A stretch of 63,252 bases of DNA, filler included, from Chrysochromulina tobinii (Eukaryota), in assembly GCA_001275005.1 (NCBI GenBank). It is 5 parts of 5 records of this genome, joined end to end, with 100 filler letters (N's around TTAATTAATTAA, not from the genome) between each part and the next. Parts side by side here need not be neighbours in the genome. Positions count along the whole stretch, not along the records: positions 27,785 to 39,311 come from JWZX01000428.1; positions 39,412 to 50,037 come from JWZX01000429.1; 3 more parts are not named here. The stretch is one strand, 5' to 3'. Positions within the stretch are counted from its first letter, which is position 1. Each line of letters opens with the position of its first letter. This document shows, in pieces, positions 32,329 to 43,680 of this stretch. The position numbers and the translations under genes were made by a program. The notes below the pieces were generated by a model that searched no databases, was not told where the DNA came from, and saw nothing but the letters and a program-made list of their open reading frames with translations.

Positions 32329-34720
32329 TTGGCCGTCGCTCCGATTGGCACGTGGCGGGCCGAGTCGATGGCCTCATCGAGTGCGAGGGCGCGCGCCGTG
32401 GTGGGCGCCATGTCGAGCGCCGTGATGGGCGCCGTGATGGGCGCCGCCTCGGCGGCGGCGTTGCTGGCGGCAGCGGCGAGGCGGGGGGCAGGCGGGGGGC
32501 AGGCGGGGGGCGAGGCGGGGGCCGAGGCGGATGTCGTCTGTTCCGACGAGGATGAGACATTAGGAGCCGAAGGGGAGGCGATGGTGGCCGTTACGTCGGG
32601 TTTGGGGCTGTGGGCCACCATCTCCACCGAGGGCTCCGCCCTCGTGTGCGTCTTCCCCTGCCTTCGCCTCCGACGCGTTCATAGCCCGTCCTTGTCCGCC
32701 GGGCTGGTCGCCGCGGCCGTTGGCAACCTGAGCCTCCTCACTCTGACCAGGGATGGGGTGCTCTACGAAGCCAACGCCGCACGCCCGGAGTGGCGCTCGC
32801 GCCGTACCGAGCACTCGCGCCGTCCCGAGCGCGCGGTGCACGTGCCCCAGCTCGGGTGGTTACAAACGGTCGGAGGCTCTCTCGAGGGACGGCGCACGGT
32901 ACACGTGGCAGCGTCGTCGCGGGCGGCGGTTGCGGTCACCCGAGATGGTGCCGTCCATATTTGGACCTTGGCTCCTTATTTGGAAACGCCCTCGTCTCGC
33001 GAAGGGCATCCGGACGGACGGGCGGACGGAAGGGAGGACGGAAGGGCGGACGGGCGGGCGGACGGAAGGGCAGACGGACGGGCGGACGGACGGACGGACG
33101 ATTGCGATGCGGACAGCGCTGGCCAATGTACACGTGTCTCGCTGCGCTCTTCCGTCCCTCGCCCCCTTGCCCTTCGCGATCAAGGCAACGGCCAGGGCGA
33201 TAAGGACAAGGGCAAGGACGATGTGGGCGATGGGGAGAAGGGTCTCAGCGTGCTTGCGGTCAGCGCGGCGGTGAGTGCACCTGATTGCAACTGATTACAA
33301 CGGAATGAAGCTGATTGCGGTCCGTGCGGCGGTGAGTTGCGACGTACCTGCTCGTCCCTAATTTGGCAAGCTGCTCCGATTACAGTCTGATTGCCTCCCT
33401 CATCAGGTGAGTGCGACGCACCTGCTCGTCCTCAGCTCGGAAGGTGTCGTCTTCAGTGCAGCGCTGCCTCCGCCGACTGAGGCCAGTCCATATTTGGAAC
33501 GGGCGGCGCTCGGGCGTCCAACGGCCGCCGCCCCCGCCGCCGCCGCCGCCGCCGCCGCCGATGGTGATGATGATGATGATGATGCTGATGATGCGCGCGT
33601 TCTATCTCGGGTGCGCGAGATGCATGCGCGAGCTCAGGGGAGATCGTCCGAGAAGGCGCCTAATAAGGCAAAGCCGGCGCAGAGGATGCCGCTCATTAGC
33701 GCGATTGCGGCCGGGGATTCGTTCAGCCTCGCGATCGTTGGCTGGGGGCATTCGCGTGGCCAGCTGCTTTATTGGGGCGGCGACGGCGGTGGCGACGGCG
33801 GAGGTGACGGCGCTGCCGACGGCGGTGGCGACGGTCGCACACGCCAACGTGTTCCCCAATCGAGGCGCTTGCTTTCCGATCGCAATCAGAGGCGCTTGCT
33901 TTCCGATCGACCGGCCGATGTGGGCGATTGGTATCATGAGCTGTGGGGAAAACGATTCCTTCTGGTCTCTGCGTTTGGTCGACGCGCGCTCGCCCTTGCC
34001 GACGATGGTACGTCTGATGGCGTCTCTGATCGCGTCTCTGCTCGCGCCTCTGATTGCGCCTCTGATGGCGTCTGATTGCGTCTCTGATGGCGTCTGATGG
34101 CGTCTGATTGCCTCACTCATCAGGTACGCCACGTCGCCCTGATTGCCATTGATTGCAACTGATGGGCTGCCTGATGACCTCCCTCATCAGGCACGCTCTT
34201 CTGGTGGAGGCACGCGCCCGAGACGGCGCCTGAGACGGCGCCCGTCCATCGCGTCGAACCGACAGAGCCACCGGCGGTGCGCGCCCACCACGGCGCCACC
34301 CTAATTAGGGTCGTCCCTAATGTGGCACAGCAGCTACTGCCCCGAGTGCATGCGGATGGCCGCCCTGAGTGCCTCCCTCATCAGTCTGATTGCCTCCCTC
34401 ATCAGGCTGATTGCCTCCCTCATCAGGCTGATTGCCTCCCTCATCAGGCTGATTGCCTCCCTCATCAGGTGAGTGCGCTTGCAGCCGGGGCGTCCGTGGC
34501 ATTGCTTCTGGTACCGACCCATGACCTGCGACGGCCGCATGCAAGCGCTCACGCTTCCCCCGCTGCGGCGGCGAGAGGCAATCAGCCTGATGAGGGGGGC
34601 AATCAGCCTGATGAGGGTGGCAATCAGGACGGCCATCAGCAGGAGCGTCCGTTGCTAGCACAGCCTGCGCCATTGCCACGTCCTCTGCTGGTACGCACAG
34701 ACAACATCGGCGTGGTGCAG
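32329..34720 (+). CDS. RCC1-like repeat region (multi-exon), probably continuous with the flanking kinase-like and sulfotransferase-like exons
   Basis: Repeated RCC1-type segments VAAAVGNLSLLTLTRDGVLY, VAASSRAAVAVTRDGAVHIW, VSATHLLVLSSEGVVFS, IAAGDSFSLAI..GQLLYWG, ALALADDGTLFWW. Introns 33271-33406, 34008-34190 and one or two within 34277-34468. Confidence 0.65.
34365..34469 (+). repeat. Five tandem copies of 21-mer CTGATTGCCTCCCTCATCAGG (branch point + 3' splice site cassette)
   Basis: Direct count; an inverted copy lies at ~34575-34640. Confidence 0.92.
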
Positions 34721-34933
34721 GTAGGCCTCTGATGGCCTCTGATGGCCTCTGATTGCCGCACTGATGGCCTCTGATGAACTCTCTGATGGCCTCTGATGCA
34801 CGCTGATGGCCTTTGATTGCCACACTGATGGCCTCTGATTGCTAAACTGATGAACTCTGATGGCCTTTGATGCACGCTGATGACCACTGATGACCTATGA
34901 TGACCTCTGATGACCTCTGATTGCCCCCCTCAG

Positions 34934-36821
34934 GCCGCCTCCGCCATCCGAGGCGCTCTCTCCGCCGTGCGCGAGGGGCTGGGCGCCGGACCGGGCGCCG
35001 GACCGAGCGCCGTGCTGAGCGCGCGCACGCCCTGCTGGGGGGGCGTAACGGACGCGCCGTCGGACCGACCGAAACGCCCAGGACAGCGCCAGCACGACCC
35101 TCGGCAGCGTACCAAAGCGCCATCCTTCAAGGCTTGCCCACTGCGGCGCCCGTTGGACTGCCCCGAATGGCCCTCCAACTCCCCACAGCCTGCGGCACCG
35201 ACTGACGAAACTCAACGGCCGATTGACGAACCTCAACGGCCGGCTGACGAGCCTCGGCGGCGCTGCCTGCCCGCAGCCTTGGTGCTCGGCGCGCGCGGCT
35301 GCGGCGCCCCTGCCTTTGGTCAACGGCTGCTGTCCCACCCGGATGTGGCGCGTGCCCCCCGGGGGATGGCCCCCTGGTGGACGTACCCCTCCCTCGAGAA
35401 CTTCACAGGTGATTGCGACTGATTGCCCCCCGGGGGATGGCCCCCTGGTGGACGTATCCCTCCCTTGAGAACTTCACAGGTGACTGATGACCACTGATGA
35501 CCACTGATTGCGTCTGAGTGCATGCTCACACCCCTCCCTCGAGAACTTCACAGGTGACTGATGACCACTGATGACCACTGATTGCGTCTGAGTGCATGCT
35601 CACACCCCTCCCTTGAGAACTTCACAGAGCACCCGGGCATGCGCCGCGCCGTCGCGGGCGTTGTCGCTCGCGAAGGCGGCGCTCGACACGGCGCTCGGCA
35701 CGACGCTCGGCACGGCGCGCCGCCCGCGCCCGCGACGGCGCTCCTGCTCGTGCAGCAAAGCACACTGGATGCGCGATCGGCGGGATGGGGGCGCGTGCTG
35801 CGTGCCAAGGGCGTCGAGCTATTCGATCTGCTCCCGCGCGTGCAGGCGAGTCTCGTCAAACTGCCTCTGATGGCCTTCTGATGGCCTTCTGATGGCCTCT
35901 GATGGCCTCTGATGGCCTCTGATGGCTTCTGATGGCCTCTGATGAGCTCTGATGAGTTCTGTTCGACTTGTTTCTCTGATGGGTCTCGTCAATGAGTCTC
36001 GTCAATGGCCTCTGATGAGTTCTGTTCGACTTGTTCCCGCGTGTGCAGCCTGGGCTCAAGGTGATTGCCTCTCTCATTGCATGCTGATTGCATCCCTCAT
36101 TGCATGCGTGTGCAGCCTGGGCTCAAGGTGATTGCCTCTCTCATTGCATGCGGATTGCATGCTGATTGCATCCCTCATTGCATGCGTGTGCAGCCTGGGC
36201 TCAAGGTGCTCCTGTACGTCTGCGAGCCGCTCACGCGCCTTCACAGCCTCGAGAGGCGCCTTCACAGCCTCGAGAGGCGACGGGCGGCTTCGTCAACCCC
36301 TAATGGCGATGGCAATCGGGAGCGCGACTTGCCTAATTTGGATGGCAACTGGACGAGAGAGGCCCTGGCGCAGCTCGCGACGCTGAATGCATGCACCACG
36401 CACGAGCCGTTACCGACGTGCGCCGCGCGCCTCGCCGCCGCCAATCCGATAGTGGACGGGCTGTACGGCGTGTGGTTACGCGCGCTGTTGCGGGCGCTGC
36501 CGGCGGCGCAGCTGCGCGTGCTGCGCGCGGAGGACGAGGCGCGCGCGCCGTCGCGGGCGCTGCGCGAGGCGTGGCGCTTTTTCGGGCTGCGCGAATTGCC
36601 TAATTTGGACGACGGAGCGCTCGGTACGGCGCTCGGCGCGGCGCTCGGCACGGCGGCCCCTGGCCCCAAGCCGTGGAGATGAGGGTGAGCGGCCGGCGCT
36701 CAAGTCGGCGCTCGAGACGGGCGCCCTCGCCGCCCTCGCGGCCTTCTATCGCGAGCACAGCGCCGAGCTGGTGCAGCTGATGGATGGGGATGAGAGATTT
36801 GCGTGGGGTGCGGCGGCGTAG
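34934..36821 (+). CDS. Sulfotransferase-like domain (heparan-sulfate/GalNAc4S-6ST-like) with degenerate PAPS motifs and an apparent frameshift near 36600-36660
   Basis: Exons 34934-35408, 35628-35845, 36194-: CLPAALVLGARGCGAPAFGQRLLSHPDV..PWW, PGLKVLLYVCEPLTRLHS, GLYGVWLRALLRALPAAQLRVLRAED..WRFFGL. The typical C-terminus LAAFYREHSAELVQLMDGDERFAW* is in another frame. Confidence 0.7.
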
Positions 36822-37050
36822 GCCGTAGCTTGAAAAAGTGTAGTGCAGGCAGTTGAGTTCCCGTCACGAACGAATCGCGTGTACGTAGCAAGAAAAGGGC
36901 GCGATGATCTTGAACTTGAATCTTGATAGCCCCACACACGCCACGATTTCGAGACGTCTGGAGTTGCATGCAAGAATCTGCTTTCGAAGCAAACTTGAGA
37001 GTTCTTTCGGCCTTGGATAAAAACCCAATGGCACAGAGCTTGGCGCGTGC

Positions 37051-38283
37051 ATGTCAGGCCTGGTCGCGGTTTGCTTGTCTGGCGAGTTGCGATCCTTTTA
37101 CCAGCCCTCCGTACAGGAGGGCCTGATCAAGAGGCTCGACAAGCCCGGGTACGAGTACTTCATCTCGACAGACCATGGATCCGCCGCCGCTGGGCCCAGG
37201 CCCGAGAGCATCGTCTCAACGGGCCGTGGAGCATCGGCGCCGTGGAACGACAGCATCAGCAACGACAGCATGGGCAGCAGTGAGGGCGCTGTCGTGGGCA
37301 GCACGCTCTCCGTGCGCAGCGTCTATGTCGACAGCGGCGAGACGCTCAGGCCCGACCGCAACGGCAACGAGCATGGGCAACTAAGCTGTCCACGAGGCAC
37401 AATGACCCATCCGTATCTCTTCCCGATGACGGTGCGCTTCGTGGCCTGTGCACGCCTCATCTTTCGCGAGGAGCGCCAGCGCCGCTTTTCGTACACGCAC
37501 GTCATCCGCACGCGCACGGATCTCCATTTTGTCGTCCCCTTTCCGCACCCGGAGGAGGCGTTGGCACGCGCGAACGCCGACGTGCTCCTCTTTGACGATC
37601 AGGTGCGCACTGAGTGCCACTGAGTGCCACTACTATCGTACTACTATCGTGGCCCCTATTGTAAACCTATGGCACTGGTCCCTACATGTAATTGATCCTG
37701 ATGTTACTTGATGTCGCTCCTTTGATGAGTACCTCATGAGACATTATTGATCCGCCTTGATCCTGATGAGTACCTCATGAGGTCATGAGCACCCGACCTG
37801 ACCCTCTTCGAACTTCGATGAGCACAGTTGGCTGTGGCACGTCGGTTGCATGCGGACGTGCTGCTGCTCAACCCTCTGCTCGCGTACCGCGAATGCCACG
37901 GACCGGAGGCGTGGGCGCGTGCATGCAACCAGAGCGTCGCGCGATCTCGATCTGATCTCGTGGCCCGCCGCACCCCCTGCTCGCCCATGAACCTCATCGT
38001 GAGCGAAGCAGATCGCACAAATCGCACCTCGGATGGCATCTGATGGCAACTGATGGCCTCCTGATTGGCCTCCTGATGGCCGCCTAATTGCCTCCCTCAT
38101 CAGGTGAGCTACCATCCAGAGCCGCTTCGGCTCGTCCAGTGCGGCTTCACGTTCTCCGTCAAAGCGCACTGTGCAGCCCTGTTTGCGCCGTGCCTGGCCG
38201 TGATTGTGAGGGCGCCTAATTCCACAGCGGGGTCGGGTGGAAAGAGCCGATGTATGCCGGTGGGGCGCCCTCTTGCAGGATGA
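37051..38283 (+). CDS. Putative glycosyltransferase-like protein (exons 37051-37602, 37828-37998, 38104-38283)
   Basis: VAVCLSGELRSF ... SYTHVIRTRTDL ... DDQLAV motifs; two phase-0 introns, the second ending CCTCCCTCATCAG. Confidence 0.65.
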
Positions 38284-38926
38284 TTCCCATGATCCATGAT
38301 CCATTCCATTTGCGTTTTCGGCGGCGTTTTTCCGGTCACTAGGCCTCTTTTAGAATTTAGTGTCGAGGCGGACTTCCTCACACCTCAGCGAATTCCGTTC
38401 CTTTTCGTGGCACGATCGGACCTCAATCTCGGACCAATCTCGGACAATTGCACCTCGCTCGCACGCACGTCGCTACTATCAAGCCGCCTCCCGCCGATCT
38501 ACCGCCTGCCTGCCCTAGTATGCTTACAGTACGGCCTACGCCCTTGCCACCGATTCTTTGCACATCATGGATCATGCGTACTCTGTACTTGTTCTCCAGC
38601 GGGGTTCTGCTGTGGGGTTCTGCTGACCGGGTTTGGGTCCATTGCCATGCGGGCAGCCCACCTCGACCTCGGAGATGCGACCTCGGAGATGCGACCTCGG
38701 AGATGCGACCTCGTGTGCACCTCCGCTCCTCCGCGGCACTCGGCCTGTATCTTGCTCTCACATGCAGACGATGCCTCCCCCGAAGACCTGTGCCCCCCCC
38801 GAAGACCTGTGCCCTGCTCGGGCACGACGGCACCGAGATCTCGATCCGAGTTCAGATGCAATCTCGCGAACGAGATACAATCTCGTCTCGCGACTTCTCA
38901 TCGCTCAGCCGGAGGTCGACGGGCTC

Positions 38927-39311
38927 ACCTGCCTTATTAGGGCCTGTGGTTGAGTCTGTCAGGTCGATGGTCGAAGAGAGAAGGCTCGCGTGGCCTCCCT
39001 TCACACCGCCCATGCTCTTCACAGCGGCCTCGAGCAGCCTGCCCCCCTCGACGTGCTTCTCGTTCAAGCCCTCCTCCGTAACGGCTGTCAGGAGCTCCCG
39101 CAGCAATCTCGGCTCATTCTCGCTCAGCCATGTGAGCACTTGCCTAAAATGGGCCGTCGGCCGTCGCAGGAGCCACGTCACTGGCCGCATGGTCCAGGTA
39201 TACCTGATGGAAGAGGCAATCAGCGGTCTTCAGAGGCAATCAGCGGCCATCGGCGGCCATCAGCGGTACTCAGGGCCAGATGGTTCACGCGTACCCGTCC
39301 TCAAGCAGGGG
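38927..39311 (-). CDS. Internal fragment of an unknown gene (5'-truncated); intron 39204-39294
   Basis: PLLEDG|YTWTMRPVTWLLRRPTAHFRQVLTWLSENEPRLL after removing a minus-strand CTGAT-repeat intron ending CTTCCATCAG; next probable donor GTGAGC at ~38928. Confidence 0.55.
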
Positions 39312-39411
39312 NNNNNNNNNNNNNNNNNNNNNNNNNNNNNNNNNNNNNNNNNNNNTTAATTAATTAANNNNNNNNNNNNNNNNNNNNNNNNNNNNNNNNN
39401 NNNNNNNNNNN
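39312..39411. other. Artificial contig linker
   Basis: 44 N + TTAATTAATTAA + 44 N. Confidence 0.99.
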
Positions 39412-40155
39412 GACGATCATCGCCTCGTAAGCGCGCCAGTCGCCACCGGCGAGGCCGCACCCAATTTCGCAAGGGAAGGCGATCGAGGGCAGCGGCGGGT
39501 CAAGCGCGCCGATGGCTGCGAGGCACTGGCGGAACCACTGCGTGCGGGTTGCGGCCGAGTCGGACGGCGGGCACGGCTGCACGCGGTTGTACTTGCCTGG
39601 CGCGCCCATCTCCCACTGCGCAAATAAGTTGATCACGAGTGGCCGGCCGGGCGCTACGCCGCCGCCTGGCGGCCGGCGCACGTCGATGGTACCCGGCTTG
39701 CTTCGGTGCTCCGGCACCGCAAACTTGTTGGCGGGCGGCATGCGCCGGCGGTCGCGGTACGAGCAGCCATACGGAAGCTTGTCCGCGACACCGGCCGCGA
39801 GGCCGCGCCCGTCGCAACCGACGCAGTTTAACTGCTGCGCGATCGCCGCCACGCGCGCCAGGATCGAGTCATCGAGCACGCCACCCGGCAGGTCGAGGCG
39901 CTCGATGGTCACGGCACCGCCGGCGATTGTGGAGCGCTGCCGCTTGGGCGCGGGTGGCGGCGGGAAGGAAGCAAGGGAGGAGGCGGCGGCAGACGAGGTG
40001 GAGGCGGCGGCGGCAGAGCCTGCACCAGCCACCGGAGCCCCAGGAGGTGATGGGAGCACCGGTGCCGTCGCACCCACTCCCTCGACCTCATCGACGTCGA
40101 TGTCGTTGTCGTCCGTCGTGAGGTCCTCCACGGCTGCCGACGCGGTTCGTGCCAT
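39412..40155 (-). CDS. Macrodomain (ADP-ribose-processing, Poa1/TARG1-like) protein, 3'-truncated
   Basis: IAQQLNCVG..GRGLAAGV, PGTI, VINLFAQW..G.PG, SIAFPCEIGCGLAGGDW..YEAMI. Confidence 0.85.
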
Positions 40156-40594
40156 GATTACGCGGAAAAAAGTTGTTCAAGGCTGTCGAGGCGGCCAACG
40201 AGACATGATCCTGAAGTTTGCTGACTTGCTCAGAAAACTCTCCGCGATCGCCCTCCAGACTTCACACCTTTCTCGTAGCGGGAGCGGCGGCGGCCTTCCG
40301 AAGGTAAAATGGCTTTTTTGCCGCGACGGCCGCCTCGCCTGTCCGCCTCCAGCCTGCAGCGCGCATCGCGGCGGCAGCAGGCTCAGCCTCTGCATACCTG
40401 CCGTGCCATAGCCTGGGGCCAACAACATAAGTTTGCAGGCGGCGGGCGGCGAGACTCTCGCTGCGTGTCCCGCGGACTACCCACAGCTTGCCGGCTTATG
40501 CACGCCTGCTTCAGCTCGTCTGCGGTCGCACGTCGCGCTGACGCTCTCCCACTCATGGGCATGCCGTGTGCAGGGTGCATCCGAAGCCTCCAGG

Positions 40595-43299
40595 ATGAAC
40601 CAGCAGGTTATCCTTCTGGAGGATGGCTGGAACCGGCTAAAGACGGGCGGTGTGCAGAAGATTGAGGAGATCCTCGAGGACATGCAGGGCGGCGTCTACA
40701 AGACCAAGATCAGCACCGACGAGTACTCGAACCTCTACACGTGCGCCGCGCCACGAGTCGCGCGCCCAGCGATGCCGTCGCCGCGCGCGTGCAGCCACAG
40801 CACCGCTGTCTCCCTGCAGCCGCCCACACAGTCCTTGCCATCCAACTCTACTCTCCCCTCACTGACGCGCCTCTCGCTCGGCCCGCAGCACCGTGTACAC
40901 GATGTGCACCCAGAAGCCCCCGAACAACTGGTCCGAGCAGCTGTACAACTACTACTGCGAGGCCGTCAAGGAGTACCTGTCGGCGCGCATCCTGCCGCGC
41001 ATCAAGGAGAAGCACGACGAGAGCATGCTGCGCGAGCTCGTGCGCCGGTGGGAGAACCACAAGCTGCTCGTGCGCTTCCTGTCACACGTGTTCAAATACC
41101 TGGACCGCTTTTACGTCAAGCGGCTGTCACTCCATGAGCTCGCCGAGGTCGGCTCTCAAGCCTTCCACGACATCGTGTTCAACGCGATGAAGCGCGACGT
41201 GCGAGCGGCGATCCTCGAGCTGATCCGTAGGGAGCGCGAAGGCGAGATGGTGGACCGCAAGCTGATCAAGCAGGTGGTCGAGATCTTCGTCGACATGGGC
41301 GGCCAGCGCAACTCGCTCGAGGTGTATGTGCAGGACTTTGAGGACATGCTGCTCTCGACAACGGGTGCGCGCGCGCGCATGCAACCTGCGCCCGCCAACT
41401 GCCCATCTGCGCGTTGCTGGCTGCATGCAGTCGGCTGCATGCAACCTGCGCCCGCCAACTGCCCATCTGCGCGTTGCTGGCTGCATGCAGTCGGCTGCAT
41501 GCAACCTGCGCCCGCCAACTGCCCATCTGCGCGTTGCTGGCTGCATGCATTCGGCTGCAGGCAGTTGGCTGCATGCAGCCGCACGCGCCGGCGTGGGCCG
41601 CTCCCTGGCGCCGCCTCCCTCTCGCGCCGCTGACCCTCTGCTCGCCGCGCGCTCGCTCGCTCTCTTTGCAGCCGACTTTTACTCGCGGGAGGCATCCAAG
41701 TGGGCCGAGGAGGACTCGTTTCCCGACTACATGTGCAAAGCTGAGGACCGGCTCTCGCAGGAGAAGCAGCGCGTGGAGAACTACCTTCACTCCTCGACGG
41801 AGGAGAAGCTGCTCAAAGTGTGCGATGAGCAGCTGCTGCAGACTCCCGAGCAGCTGCTGCTCGAGAAGGAGAACTCGGGGTGCGAGGCGCTGCTGCGCGA
41901 TAACAAGACAGAGGACCTCTCGCGTATGTTCCGGCTCTTCTCGCGCATCCCGACGGGCCTGCCGCCCATCGGCAACATCGTGCGCAAGCACATCACCGAC
42001 GTGGGCCTCTCGCTCGTCAAGGCGCAGGGCTCGGCGCCCGAGGGCGACATGATGGTCTACGTGCAGGAGCTGCTGGACGTGCACGACAAGTACACGGACC
42101 TCGTGGGTCCCGGCCCCGATAAGGGCTGCTTCCAGGGCCACACCATCTTCCACAAGGCGATGAAGGAGGCCTTCGAGGTCTTCGTCAACAAGGACATCGG
42201 CAAGACGTCCACCGCCGAGCTGCTCTCCAACTTTTGCGACAACTTGCTCAAGAAGTCGGGCGAGCGCCTCTCGGACGATGCGCTCGAGGACAAGCTCGAG
42301 AAGGTGGTGCGTCTCTTCTGCTACCTGTCCGACAAGGACATCTTTGCCGAGTTTTACAAAAAGCAGCTCGCGAAGCGGCTGCTGCTCGCGCGCTCGTCGA
42401 GCGACGACGCGGAGCGTGCGATGATTGCGAAGCTCAAGCTGCGCTGCGGCGCGCAGTTCACCTCGAAGCTCGAGGGCATGGTCACCGACATGAACCTCTC
42501 GAGCGACATGCAGACGGCCTTCGTCGAGCACCTGCGCGAAAAGGAGGTTCAGCTCGAGACGGACCTGTCAGTCCAGGTGCTCACCACCGGCTTCTGGCCG
42601 ACGTACAAGTCGGACGACCTCAACCTACCCGCCGAGATGATGAAGTGCATCGAGACCTTCAAGTCATTCTACGACATTCGCACCTCGCACCGCCGGCTGA
42701 GGTGGGTGCACTCGCTCGGATCGGCGACGGTGCTCGGCACCTTCCTCCCGGGCGGCAAGCCCAAGAAGCACGATCTGATGGTCTCCACCTACCAGGCGTG
42801 CATCCTGCTCGTCTTCAATGAGCAGGACACGATGTCCTTCAACGACATCAAGACGCAGCTCAACCTGCCCCCCGATGAGCTCAAACGGTACGCGCTCTCG
42901 CTCTGCGTGGGCAAGTTCAAGATCCTGCTCAAGGAGGGGGCCGACCCCAAGTCAGTCGAGACCGAGGATACGTTCAAGTACAACGCCGCCTTCACCGACC
43001 GCGCGCGCCGTATCAAGGTGCCGATGATCGCCGCCAAGATCTCGCAGGAGGAGAAGGACGCCACGCGCGCCACCGTCGACGAGGACCGCAAGCACGCGAT
43101 CGAGGCCGCCATCGTGCGCATCATGAAGACGCGCAAGACGCTCGACCACACGAAGCTTGTGCTCGAGGCCTCCAACCAGCTGCTCCGCCACTTCAAGCCC
43201 GACCCCAAGCAGATCAAGAAGCGCATCGAGGATCTGATCGCGAGGGAGTACTTAGAGCGAGACCCGAACAACAATACCGTGTACAAGTACCTCGCGTGA
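40595..43299 (+). CDS. CUL1: Cullin-1 (exons 40595-40740, 40889-41364, 41672-43299)
   Basis: [64 protein letters not shown], neddylation domain [15 protein letters not shown]...[21 protein letters not shown]. Confidence 0.97.
41377..41558. repeat. Three 60-nt tandem repeats in cullin intron 2
   Basis: GCATGCAACCTGCGCCCGCCAACTGCCCATCTGCGCGTTGCTGGCTGCATGCAGTCGGCT x3. Confidence 0.92.
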
Positions 43300-43680
43300 C
43301 GTGGCGAAGCGGAGCGGCTCCCACGAAGCGATGAGGGCGGGGCAGGGAGGATCTGTGAGCGGCCCACTTGCACACGTGGGCCCGTGCCCCCGCGCGTCGG
43401 GCCGAGCCTGCGGACGATGGATGGTCTCGACGAAAGTCGCACGATAATGGTTTTGAGGACGAGACGCACGGTCCGAAGAGGTGTAAACATTGTGTGTTGA
43501 GCTTTCAAGTTCAAGTTCAAGTTACTTCGTAAACAACAGACAACCTAACGGAAGCCCAACTTGAACTTGAACTTGAACTTGAACTTGTTGAGCTTTTTTG
43601 ATCCGAAGTTCGGTTCCGAAGTTCGTCGCGCGCTTTCGCGCGCATTTCACACAAGTGGTCGTGTTCAATTGAAGCCCCGA

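Noticed and set aside
41377..41558. Cullin intron 60-mer repeats as part of the cassette-intron system
   Set aside because: No exon duplication and no shared cassette; an ordinary minisatellite.
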